Assembly (NCBI GenBank): GCA_963662275.1
Contig: OY759316.1
Location: forward strand, 704,001-768,000
Reading direction: 5' to 3'
Length of the DNA stretch: 64,000 bases
Origin: Candidatus Cloacimonadales bacterium
Lineage (GTDB): Bacteria > Cloacimonadota > Cloacimonadia > Cloacimonadales > DAONDQ01
Below, piece by piece: positions 9,943-19,448 of the stretch. The notes beneath the pieces were generated by a model. It had not been told where the DNA came from, did not search any database, and saw only the letters and a list, made by a program, of their open reading frames with translations. The position numbers were made by a program, and so were the translations under genes. Numbering within the stretch: the stretch's first letter is position 1; every line of letters starts with the position of its first letter.

Positions 9943-11500
9943 CTTTCAAAGCTAAGCGATAGTCAATAATTCTAAGTGTATGATGCGATTTCCATTGTAC
10001 CAGGAGATCATAATGAAGACCATCAGTAATGGGTTTTGTTTCATATTCAAGAGTAAAACAAAGCAGGTTATTTGGAACTAATACATTCCTTAATAGTAGT
10101 ATTGGTTCGGTATTTCCCATTCCATAAGGTTGTAACAGATTTAGTTTATCCCACAATTCATCGGTGAAATCCTCTAACATGATAGGACAGGAAATTTGAA
10201 TACTTTGACCTTCTAATATTTGATGTTCATTTAAGTGAAGAAATTCCGTAAATTTCTCAATAAATAAGTAGATTTCTTCTGGTTTCATCGTAAATCCAGC
10301 AGCTTTCACATGTCCACCATACTGGATGAGATGCTCTTCACAATAGCGGAATGCATCCACCATATTGAAACCTTCTGAACATCTGCCTTCACAGACGATC
10401 ACATCCTGTTTATTCTTTAAGAATATGGCGGGAACATGAAGCTTATTTGTGACTTGACTGGCAGCCATTCCAAGTAAGGAATATGGAATTTTATCCGTAT
10501 TATCATAATAAATAAAACCAGGACCATCATGATCTTCAATGAGGGAAACAACAAAGTTCTGAATATTCCGTACCTGGCTTTCATGTTCAGTTCTAATCGC
10601 ATCCAGATTCCTAAAATAATCATTCTTTTCCGCTCCGGAAGCTAAGAGAAATTGCATGATCAGATGATTTCCACCTTCCTGCCGTCCATTCGAGAAGAGT
10701 TTCGCAATATTATTCAGAAAATTCATTTTTTCACAATATGTATATAGGTCATTCGTGAAATTCAAAAGAAAATCAAAGCTGTCATCATGCATTTGATAAA
10801 TGTTGTCTAAGGCATAACGGACTAGAATGCGATTCACTCCATCAATCGGTACTTTATCTGCCACCGAACCAATGGCAGTCCATATATAATAACAGCGAGG
10901 GACATCAATCTTCAACATCTTTGCTAAATAACGGATGATCAATAATGTGAGACCAACACCTGCCGGCATTTTATAAGGATATTTATCGTCTGTCCTTTTA
11001 GGATTCACAACCGCATACGCTTTAGGTAATTGATCATTGTAGGTCAGGTGATGATCTGTGATTATCACATCACATCCCATTTGATTTAACTTCTCCACAC
11101 CGTCGAAAGCCACTATACCATTATCAACGGTTACTACCAGCGTATATTTCCCTTGTTCTACAAATTGCAGGAAACTCTCTTGTATGCCATGAGATTCTGT
11201 CATTCGATTGGGAACAAAATAATGATGATTTTGAAATCCGCATTTATCAAGAAAATCATAGAGAATATAGGTGCTGGTTAATCCATCGGCATCATCATGA
11301 CCGAAGATTACGATCTTTTCCTTACGATATAAGCCATTGATGATACGTTGTGCAGCCATATCAATATCTGAAAGGAAAGCCTCATCGGGAAGTTGCTCCA
11401 AACCTGCCCGTAATTGTTGGACAGTTAGATTCTTTTGGATCAGAATCTGATCGAATATAGGGAGTTTAGACTTTTCGGGAAGAACCCATTTCAGGTTCAT
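9917..11500 (-). CDS. recJ: RecJ-like DHH-family exonuclease
   Basis: GHDDADGLTS, TVDNG, TDHH, GGHVKAAG and LQPYGMGN motifs. Confidence 0.8.
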   Translation of the reverse strand: MNLKWVLPEKSKLPIFDQILIQKNLTVQQLRAGLEQLPDEAFLSDIDMAAQRIINGLYRKEKIVIFGHDDADGLTSTYILYDFLDKCGFQNHHYFVPNRMTESHGIQESFLQFVEQGKYTLVVTVDNGIVAFDGVEKLNQMGCDVIITDHHLTYNDQLPKAYAVVNPKRTDDKYPYKMPAGVGLTLLIIRYLAKMLKIDVPRCYYIWTAIGSVADKVPIDGVNRILVRYALDNIYQMHDDSFDFLLNFTNDLYTYCEKMNFLNNIAKLFSNGRQEGGNHLIMQFLLASGAEKNDYFRNLDAIRTEHESQVRNIQNFVVSLIEDHDGPGFIYYDNTDKIPYSLLGMAASQVTNKLHVPAIFLKNKQDVIVCEGRCSEGFNMVDAFRYCEEHLIQYGGHVKAAGFTMKPEEIYLFIEKFTEFLHLNEHQILEGQSIQISCPIMLEDFTDELWDKLNLLQPYGMGNTEPILLLRNVLVPNNLLCFTLEYETKPITDGLHYDLLVQWKSHHTLRIIDYRLALKDDNKPYNL

Positions 11501-12720
11501 TATCGAATTTCCTCAACTTTAGGGATTTCACGGGGAGCAGTTCGTCTTTGTTCCTGTTTGAAAATATCAAAACCTGTAATCCCAAAAAGAAACATTAGAG
11601 AACTTTCTTGAACGGCGTTCTTATTTGAATCTCCACGCATCAAGTATTGAAATCCAAGATCAATGCGATTTTCCGGATTCTTCAAAGGTAAGGAGAAACC
11701 AATGGATGCACCTTTTTCATCAATACTGGCATTATTTTTTTGGAAAGGAAGCTTTCTCCATGAAATGCCTCCCCGCAAGGGAAGCCTGCGAAAGAATTTA
11801 TCTGCGTTTTGATTTGCATCATAAGCAATACCAATACCAACTTTCCAGCTATCTTCAGTATTCTCAGGATTATCAACTGCTTTCCACATATCATAATGGA
11901 CATCGTATGAAGTACGTAATACATCGGAATGATTGAATGTCATTCCCAATCCAAAACGATTGGGCAGGTTATAATGAGATGTTCCTTGATTCTCTGTTGA
12001 GGATAGAGTTTTGTATATTATTTCACCTTTCAGTTTTGAAGCTGAAGTATAGGTAAAAGCTGTTGAAAAACGATCCGTTTTCTTCATGATACCAATGGAA
12101 ATACCTCCATTAGAATAAGATTTTGTCATGCTATAGTATGTATTAAAAGGACTACTCCCTGAATCTTGGGAAATCGCACGATTCTCATGTCCGAGGTAAT
12201 AATTGATGGCTACACCAAAATCAACTAATTTGAAAGGATAGGAATACATAAGATCAACGCGATATAAATAAGAATCAACAGAATTATATTCAGTGAAGTG
12301 AATAGAAGATAAAGTATCGGTACTTTGATCCTTCACTACTCCTGAAGAAAGAGATTGGAATTGAAATCCTAACTTATGACTTGCAATTGGAATAGCCATA
12401 TTAAAATAAGGAAAATCCAGAGAATTATCTGTATATTTGGGATGAGATTTATCTTCATACCAAGTATCACCTGTCATGATTCCTGTCGAAAAAACAGCAT
12501 TTTTAATTCTTGAAATAAGTGCAGGATTCCCAAAACCGGTATTTAATCTATAAGAATCAGCCATTCCAGTATCACCCATACTGAAGCCATAGATATCATT
12601 GCCATAATACTGGTTGGGCAATCCCTGGAAGGAAAAGATTGAGTTCCCTGCCCATACGGGAACTATACTAATAAGTAATATAAATATGATTCCTACAAAT
12701 CTCTGTGTGGAAAGAGTCAT
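11500..12720 (-). CDS. Probable outer-membrane beta-barrel protein (FadL/OmpP1-like)
   Basis: Signal peptide, GNPA motif, alternating aromatic beta-strand pattern; its stop overlaps the recJ start (TAATG). Confidence 0.55.
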   Translation of the reverse strand: MTLSTQRFVGIIFILLISIVPVWAGNSIFSFQGLPNQYYGNDIYGFSMGDTGMADSYRLNTGFGNPALISRIKNAVFSTGIMTGDTWYEDKSHPKYTDNSLDFPYFNMAIPIASHKLGFQFQSLSSGVVKDQSTDTLSSIHFTEYNSVDSYLYRVDLMYSYPFKLVDFGVAINYYLGHENRAISQDSGSSPFNTYYSMTKSYSNGGISIGIMKKTDRFSTAFTYTSASKLKGEIIYKTLSSTENQGTSHYNLPNRFGLGMTFNHSDVLRTSYDVHYDMWKAVDNPENTEDSWKVGIGIAYDANQNADKFFRRLPLRGGISWRKLPFQKNNASIDEKGASIGFSLPLKNPENRIDLGFQYLMRGDSNKNAVQESSLMFLFGITGFDIFKQEQRRTAPREIPKVEEIR

Positions 12721-12805
12721 TCAATTCTCCTATAATCCTTTTCATATTATCAAAAATTAAGGAGGTTTGTCTATTGTCAATTTATCTTTATGGAGGCAGA
12801 AGGGA

Positions 12806-12945
12806 ATAGGTACTTGGTGCTAGGTGATAGGGAGCAGGGAGCAGTGGGTGAGTAGAAGGTTCATTGAGTGATTTCTCGCAGCTCTAAATCCCTCGATGAA
12901 CCGGTCTGGGCGAACACCTAACACCTAGTACCTAGCACCTAATCG
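12806..12945. repeat. Inverted heptamer repeats enclosing a REP-like hairpin
   Basis: TAGGTAC/TTGGTGC/TAGGTGA ... GTTCATTGAGTGATTT...AAATCCCTCGATGAAC ... ACACCTA/GTACCTA/GCACCTA. Confidence 0.7.
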
Positions 12946-12947
12946 CC

Positions 12948-14165
12948 CTACTCATACCTTAGAGCATTGATAATCTTCAGATTTGCTGCCTTCCTGGCTG
13001 GATACCATCCAAAGAAAATACCGACGGCTGTGGAAAAACAGAAAGCAAGAACAACTGACCAGATGCTTATACTCACAGGCCAGCCCTGTGTTTTGGAAAT
13101 AATTTGAGTTACACCGGAACCTAGAGCGATGCCTAGAAATCCACCTAAGAAACTGATCATGACTGATTCGACTAGAAATTGAAGCAGAATGTCTCTTTTC
13201 TTTGCTCCCACTGCTAAACGAATACCAATTTCCTTCGTTCTTTCCGTGACAGAAACAAACATGATATTCATGATCCCGATACCGCCCACTAGCAAGGAAA
13301 TACCAGCAATGCTGGCAAGTAATATGGTCATTGTCTTGGAAGTAGAATCGGCAGTTTGGGCAATATCAGTTTGCGAACGTATTTCAAAATTATCTTCATC
13401 ACCTTCATTGAGTTTATGACGAGTACGAAGTATTTGTCGCACTTCCTCCTGTACAAAAGGGATATCAGCTTGACTGGTGCAGGATATCTGAATCGACATA
13501 GGACGCCATTCGCCTAACAATCGTTTTTGAACTGTAGAAAATGGTGCCAGTATAGTATCATCCTGATCCTGTCCCATGGCATTTTGTCCTTTGGATGCAA
13601 TAACACCAATCACTCGGCAAGGGATGCTCCGAATTCTGATAACCTTGTTGATTGGATCATCATCAGCAAAGAGATTTGTTGCAACTGTTTGACCTATGAC
13701 ACATACTTTCGTAGAACCTCGCATATCATTATCAGTAAATGATATTCCGCTTGAAAGCTGCATATCACGAATTGTCAAATAAGATGGATAAACACCCATA
13801 ACAGATGTCCGCCAATTCTGGTTACCATAAATAACCTGGGCACCTGTCCTGACGACAGGAGAAATTTCATTGATGCGGATAGCCTGTTGCTGTATTGCGA
13901 TTGCATCTTCTTCACTCAAACTTAAAGCACTCCCTGCTTCCCCACGAGCACCGGACATTTGCCGGAATGATGGAAAAACCATCAGAACATTAGTACCCAT
14001 ACTGGCAATTTGAGCTTGGACAGAATTTCTGGCTCCTTGTCCTATGGCAAGAACAGAGATAACAGCAGCAACACCAATAATGACACCCAGCATCGTTAAA
14101 AAAGTACGTGTTCTATTTCTTTGTAATGAAAGCAAAGAAATGCGGAATGTTCCGTATAATGTCAT
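12948..14165 (-). CDS. MacB-family ABC permease
   Basis: LTMLGVIIGVAAV and GGIGIMNIMFVSVTERTKEIGIRLAVGA motifs. Confidence 0.92.
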   Translation of the reverse strand: MTLYGTFRISLLSLQRNRTRTFLTMLGVIIGVAAVISVLAIGQGARNSVQAQIASMGTNVLMVFPSFRQMSGARGEAGSALSLSEEDAIAIQQQAIRINEISPVVRTGAQVIYGNQNWRTSVMGVYPSYLTIRDMQLSSGISFTDNDMRGSTKVCVIGQTVATNLFADDDPINKVIRIRSIPCRVIGVIASKGQNAMGQDQDDTILAPFSTVQKRLLGEWRPMSIQISCTSQADIPFVQEEVRQILRTRHKLNEGDEDNFEIRSQTDIAQTADSTSKTMTILLASIAGISLLVGGIGIMNIMFVSVTERTKEIGIRLAVGAKKRDILLQFLVESVMISFLGGFLGIALGSGVTQIISKTQGWPVSISIWSVVLAFCFSTAVGIFFGWYPARKAANLKIINALRYE

Positions 14166-14905
14166 TCTGTATCCTCTAAAGGAGGGATTTTCTCCAATTC
14201 TATCGCAGCATCCTTAATTTGCGTAACCTGAAAATCTTTACTGATCTTCCCATCCCTGAAAATTACATTGCGTTGAGCAAATTGGGCAATATCTGCTTCA
14301 TGAGTAATCAGTAGAATTGTTTTCCCTTGCTTATTCAATTTTTGTAATATAGACATGATTTCATAGCTTGTATGAGTATCAAGATTACCGGTTGGTTCAT
14401 CAGCTAAAATCAGAATCGGATCATTCACTAAAGCACGGGCTATAGCAACTCGCTGCTGCTGTCCGCCGGATAATTGGTTAGGTAAATTATGAGAACGATC
14501 CTTCAATCCAACTCTTTCCAAAGCATCCTCAGCAATCTTTCGCATCTCTGCATGAGAGCGTTTCTTCCCATATAGAAGAGGTAGCATGACATTATCAATT
14601 GCTGAAGTCCTGGGTAGAAGATAGAATGATTGGAATACATACCCGATTCGCTCATTACGTATGATGGCTAATTCTTCCATCGAAAAGCCAGCAATCTCTT
14701 GACCATTCAGGAAATACTCACCTTTCGTAGCTGTATCCAAGCAGCCTACAATATTCATGAGTGTTGTTTTCCCAGAACCGGAAGCACCCATGATTGCCAC
14801 AAATTCTCCCTCTTTAATTGAGAAATCTACGCCACGTAACGCATGTACTGCCATGCCTTCAGCATCATAAATTTTTATCAGATGCTTGACTTCAAGGAGA
14901 TTCAT
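14162..14905 (-). CDS. MacB/LolD-family ABC ATPase
   Basis: [24 protein letters not shown] and [11 protein letters not shown]; start set to MNLLEVK. Confidence 0.92.
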   Translation of the reverse strand: MNLLEVKHLIKIYDAEGMAVHALRGVDFSIKEGEFVAIMGASGSGKTTLMNIVGCLDTATKGEYFLNGQEIAGFSMEELAIIRNERIGYVFQSFYLLPRTSAIDNVMLPLLYGKKRSHAEMRKIAEDALERVGLKDRSHNLPNQLSGGQQQRVAIARALVNDPILILADEPTGNLDTHTSYEIMSILQKLNKQGKTILLITHEADIAQFAQRNVIFRDGKISKDFQVTQIKDAAIELEKIPPLEDTE

Positions 14906-14906
14906 A

Positions 14907-16337
14907 TTAATGACCTCTTGGTCCACCGCCACCAAAACCAGGAGCCTGGTTTTGACCGCCATTGGCTGAATTGTTCTTGGATTTGGAAGGTTGAATCCCA
15001 ATAACTACCTGGTCTCCAGCTTTCAATTTTCCTTGTATTTCTGTAAAAGTACCATCAGATATGCCTGTCATGACTCTACGAACTTGTAGAGAATCATTCA
15101 CTAAGATATATACTTTCCCTGGTTCCATCCCTTTAATAGGATTTTGTCTTCTGTTATTTTTTCCTCCGAATCCATGACCACGACCCATCCCGGCAAATCT
15201 TTCACCTAGCTTTTGTCCAGAACCGGATAGACTATCTCTCTGTCCTTTTCCTTTCCCTGATATTCTATCACCCTGTCTTCCTCCGGCTGGCATGCGTTGA
15301 CCTTCTGCTAAATTCGTTTTTGCAGGTTGTGTAACATGAGTTGAATTCATATTCATTGTCGTTGAGTGTATTCCCTGACCACTAGATGAATCTCTTGCTC
15401 CACCTTTGTTTCTTCCGAAACTGCCGGCAGGCTTAAAACGCAAAGCAGCAACAGGAGCTTTCAATATTTTATCTTTAGAATCTATCAGAATTGTCAGATT
15501 CGCTGTCATACCGGGTAGTAAAGATTGATCTTCATTCACAACCGTCACAACAACATTGTAAGTGACGACATTATTTGCTGTAGAAGGCTGCATACGAACC
15601 TGTTTCACTTTTCCATCATACTCACGGTCAGGATAAGCATCTACATTGAACGTGACAGTTTGATCTGTTTTCACTTTTCCAATATCTGCTTCATCCACAC
15701 TGGCAATCACTTCCATTTGAGTCAAATCCTTGGCAATACTGAATAGAGTTGGAGTACTGAAGCTTGCTGCAACTGTCTGACCAACATCTACAGCGCGAGC
15801 AATTACAATACCGCTGATTGGTGCCGTAATCGTTGCATTTTCAAGATTTGTTTTTGCACGAGTCAATTGAGATAGCGATGTTTTGACATTCTCTTGCGCT
15901 AATTCATAGGAGATTGTTGCATTATCGACTTCTGATTGGGAAACCATTTTCTGTTTCGCTAAAGTTAGAATTGGATCCATTTGCAGTTTAGCTAATTGCA
16001 TGGAAAGCTTGGCTTTTTGGACATTCGCAGTTGCTTCCGTCACAGCAGTCTGTAATGAAGTAGGATCAATTTGAGCGATTATTTCACCTTTTTGTACATG
16101 AGAATTAAAATCTACATTAATCGTTTCTATCGTCCCGGATACTTGAGTACCCACATTCACCATTTCAACAGCTCCAAGTGTACCAGTTGCTGTTACAGTT
16201 TCACGGATTTCACCTTCAGTTATTTCTGAAGTACGATATTGTATCTTTTCCTTTTTGAAGATCAGTTTCTTTCCAAAAGTGAAGAATGCAATGACAATGA
16301 TCAATAATACGATAATCCAGATATATCGTTTCTTCAT
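14907..16337 (-). CDS. macA: MacA-type periplasmic adaptor (efflux membrane fusion protein)
   Basis: VGTQVSG, APISG, GQTVAASFSTPTLF, VDEADIG and LLPGMTA motifs. Confidence 0.88.
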   Translation of the reverse strand: MKKRYIWIIVLLIIVIAFFTFGKKLIFKKEKIQYRTSEITEGEIRETVTATGTLGAVEMVNVGTQVSGTIETINVDFNSHVQKGEIIAQIDPTSLQTAVTEATANVQKAKLSMQLAKLQMDPILTLAKQKMVSQSEVDNATISYELAQENVKTSLSQLTRAKTNLENATITAPISGIVIARAVDVGQTVAASFSTPTLFSIAKDLTQMEVIASVDEADIGKVKTDQTVTFNVDAYPDREYDGKVKQVRMQPSTANNVVTYNVVVTVVNEDQSLLPGMTANLTILIDSKDKILKAPVAALRFKPAGSFGRNKGGARDSSSGQGIHSTTMNMNSTHVTQPAKTNLAEGQRMPAGGRQGDRISGKGKGQRDSLSGSGQKLGERFAGMGRGHGFGGKNNRRQNPIKGMEPGKVYILVNDSLQVRRVMTGISDGTFTEIQGKLKAGDQVVIGIQPSKSKNNSANGGQNQAPGFGGGGPRGH

Positions 16338-16411
16338 GGGAACTCCTTATCGAAATAGCTTATATCAAAGTATAACAACGATAGTTTGGTTTTCCAGCTA
16401 CATTTTTTCAG

Positions 16412-16876
16412 AAGGTGTCAGATATCAGGTGTCAGGTGCTAGGTTTTAGGTGTTAGGAAATAGTCCAGAGTGAGTTCACTGATTTGTCATCCTGCGGGGA
16501 TCTATCTGGTTCGTATCAGGGAGAAGGCATCATTTACCGAGTTTCGTTGCATACATCGGTCATTTCGATACAATTTCTCCTTCATCGACTCACCCTCTAA
16601 TCCCTCTCTTGTTCCAAAAGAGGGAAGTCTTTGTTCACTCAAAGAACCTTACTCTCTATTACCCAACACCTAGCACCTTCTTCCTGTGCATCTCGATACA
16701 ATTACTCGCAAGCTCGTAATCACTCGATGAACAGTCCGGGCTAACACCTAGCACCTAACACCTAGCACCTAACACCTAGCACCTAACACCTAAAACCTAA
16801 CACCTAGCACCTAACACCTAGCACCTAACACCTAGCACCTAACACCTAGCACCTAACACCTAAAACCTAACACCTA
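16412..16876. repeat. Composite repeat region: AGGTGTY heptamers on the left, REP-like hairpins inside, about 19 CTARCAC heptamers at 16741-16876
   Basis: Direct reading; the right array is the reverse complement of the 4843-4972 unit. Confidence 0.9.
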
Positions 16877-16892
16877 TTTTATACCTTCTGCC

Positions 16893-17651
16893 CTACTTTG
16901 CTGGTATGTTGAAGAACTTCAGGGCGTTTCTTGTTGTAATTTCAGCGATTTCCTTTGGCGTTTGCAAACGGATATCTGCTATCTTCTCGACAACCAGTAA
17001 TAGATTTAAGGGGCTGTTTCTTTTCCCCCGTAAGGGTAAAGGAGAAAGATAAGGACAATCTGTTTCAACAAAAAAAGAATCCTCAGGTATCATCCTGATA
17101 ACATCATGCAAGTTCGAATTGTTATATGTTATATTGCCTGTAAAGGATAGTTTCCATCCTTCCTTGATGAGTTTTTCTGCAAACACAATATCCCCTGAAA
17201 AACAATGGAATACTACTTTTTTTGCCTGGAGTTTCTTGAGTATCTCGTAACATTCTTCATGGGCATCCCGATCATGAATAACGAGAGGCAGATTGTATTC
17301 CTGGGAAAGAATAATCTGATCTTCAAAGACTTCTTTTTGAGTTTTCTTTGGTGATATATTCCTGAATAGATCCAATCCTATTTCTCCAATTGCCACAACT
17401 TTCGGATGACGAGCTAATTGTTTTATAACATCCGGTTGATAATCAGAAGCCTCATGGGGATGATAACCAACTGTGGCATAAACAAAATCATATTTTTCTG
17501 CAAGACGAACTGCGTCTTCAGACGTTTCTTTATTATAACCGATATCGATAATATTAATAATATCTTCCTGACGGCATTGACGAATCAATTGATCTCTATC
17601 CTGATCAAAATCTGGTAAATCCAAATGGGCATGTGTTTCTACGATTTTCAT
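16893..17651 (-). CDS. tatD: TatD-family nuclease
   Basis: ETHAHL, GYHPH, AIGEIGLD, IHDRDAH, HCFSG and ETDCPYL motifs. Confidence 0.93.
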   Translation of the reverse strand: MKIVETHAHLDLPDFDQDRDQLIRQCRQEDIINIIDIGYNKETSEDAVRLAEKYDFVYATVGYHPHEASDYQPDVIKQLARHPKVVAIGEIGLDLFRNISPKKTQKEVFEDQIILSQEYNLPLVIHDRDAHEECYEILKKLQAKKVVFHCFSGDIVFAEKLIKEGWKLSFTGNITYNNSNLHDVIRMIPEDSFFVETDCPYLSPLPLRGKRNSPLNLLLVVEKIADIRLQTPKEIAEITTRNALKFFNIPAK

Positions 17652-17909
17652 TGTTCTTAACTCCGTTAAAATAAGGCATTGAGTTGCGAACCTGCATCAA
17701 ACCTGATACTATGTCTTTTTTTCTTTTCCAAATGAAGCAGATTCCTTATGAGAACCATAACCTTGATTATCCCAAATTTTGGCAAAGAAAATTTCAGGTT
17801 TTTAAGATACATCAAAATAATCTGGACAAAATATAGGTCAGTCAAAGGAATGGCTTGCTATATCGAAACGTATTCATTTACGTTGAACAAATATCAAGAG
17901 GGTGCGCAC

Positions 17910-19397
17910 ATGAGTGAAACCAATATGCAAGAAGATTACAAGAGACTATTGGAAGAGTCGTTTACAAAGACAGCCGAATGGAGCAAAGGTGACGTTGTGG
18001 AAGGTAAAATTGTAACGATCTCCGATAACCATTTATTCATCAGCCTGGACGGCAAATATGATGCCTACGCTGATAAAACAGACTATACTGACGACAAGGG
18101 CAAGCTCCCTTATGAAGTTGGTACTGTTTTAAAGGGCTTCATCATTGATATCAATGATACTGGTATCGTGATTGCTCCAAGCCTTAACAAATCCCATGTG
18201 GATAAAAAAGCGGTGAAAGACGCTTTCGAACAGGAAATACCTGTGAAGGGCAAAGTATTTGGTCAGGTCAAAGGTGGCTTTAGCGTTGATATACTCGGTG
18301 CACGTGCATTCTGTCCAGTTTCTCAGATTGACCTTCGCCCCAATGACAATCCCGGACAATATCTGAATAGAAGTTACGACTTCAAAATAGTCGAATATTC
18401 GGAAAATGGCAGAAACATCATTGTTTCCCGTAAACCTTTATTAGAACAGGCAAACGCTGAAAAAAGAGATAAAGTTATGGGTTCCATCGTTGTTGATGCA
18501 AATCTGAAAGGGATTGTGACAAGAATGACTCATTTCGGCGCTTTTGTTGATTTGGGTGGAATTGAAGGACTTCTTCACGTCTCTGAGATTTCCTGGTCAC
18601 ATGTTGGAAAACCTGAAGAAGTATTAAAAATTGGTGAAGAAATTGAAGTAAAAGTTTTAAAAATTGATGGCGATAAGATATCCCTTTCCCGTAGACAATT
18701 GATGGAAAACCCATCTGATGCAGCTTTCCTAAACTATAAGGAAGGCGACCTCATAAACTGTCGTGTGATGCGTTTACAAAATTTTGGTGTTTTTGTGGAA
18801 TTAATACCGGGTGTTGAAGGACTGATTCCGCTCTCCGAAATGACTCGCGGAAGAAGAATCAATCATCCCCGTGATATCGTCAAGGAAGGTGATTTTGTGG
18901 AAGCCCAAATCTTGAGACTGGACCCGATTGAAAAGAAGATTTCTCTTTCTATGAAAGCTCTCCAGCAGGATCCTTGGGATAATATTGATGAAATTGCTAA
19001 AATTGGTGAAGAAGTTCAGGGAATTGTTGAAAACACTACCGATTTTGGTATTTTTGTCTCTATCCAGGATGGTGTTACAGGATTACTTCCTCGTTCACGT
19101 GTTCCCAGGGATGCACAGTATCATAATGGTGAGGCAATTACTTTAAGAGTATCTTCCGTTGATAAGGAACAAAAGCGCATTTCCTTGGAAACACTCGATT
19201 TCGTACCTGAAGAAAGGGCACCTAGACAGCAGGGGCAACAACAATCCAGTACGCAGTTCAATCCACAGGATCGCGATCGCAAAGGCGGTGGTGATAGAAA
19301 ACAACGTGGACGCGGTAGTAGTAATGATAGCGAATGGAAAAAATATGCCAACGAAAAGAATAGCGTTCCAGAGGATAACCCTTTCAGTAAATTATAA
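17910..19397 (+). CDS. rpsA: Ribosomal protein S1-like protein (five S1 domains plus a charged low-complexity tail)
   Basis: RAFCPVSQ, FGAFVDLGGIEGLLHVSEISW and FGVFVELIPGVEGLIPLSE motifs; start set at MSETN. Confidence 0.8.
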   Translation: MSETNMQEDYKRLLEESFTKTAEWSKGDVVEGKIVTISDNHLFISLDGKYDAYADKTDYTDDKGKLPYEVGTVLKGFIIDINDTGIVIAPSLNKSHVDKKAVKDAFEQEIPVKGKVFGQVKGGFSVDILGARAFCPVSQIDLRPNDNPGQYLNRSYDFKIVEYSENGRNIIVSRKPLLEQANAEKRDKVMGSIVVDANLKGIVTRMTHFGAFVDLGGIEGLLHVSEISWSHVGKPEEVLKIGEEIEVKVLKIDGDKISLSRRQLMENPSDAAFLNYKEGDLINCRVMRLQNFGVFVELIPGVEGLIPLSEMTRGRRINHPRDIVKEGDFVEAQILRLDPIEKKISLSMKALQQDPWDNIDEIAKIGEEVQGIVENTTDFGIFVSIQDGVTGLLPRSRVPRDAQYHNGEAITLRVSSVDKEQKRISLETLDFVPEERAPRQQGQQQSSTQFNPQDRDRKGGGDRKQRGRGSSNDSEWKKYANEKNSVPEDNPFSKL

Positions 19398-19420
19398 GTA
19401 ATTATAAAATCAATGATTAT

Positions 19421-19448
19421 AACCCCATCTCCTAGATGGGGTTCTTTT
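19421..19448 (+). terminator. Rho-independent terminator after the S1 gene, interrupted by intron 1
   Basis: AACCCCATCT-CCT-AGATGGGGTT-CTTTT; the T-tract continues after the intron (TTGTTT). Confidence 0.85.
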
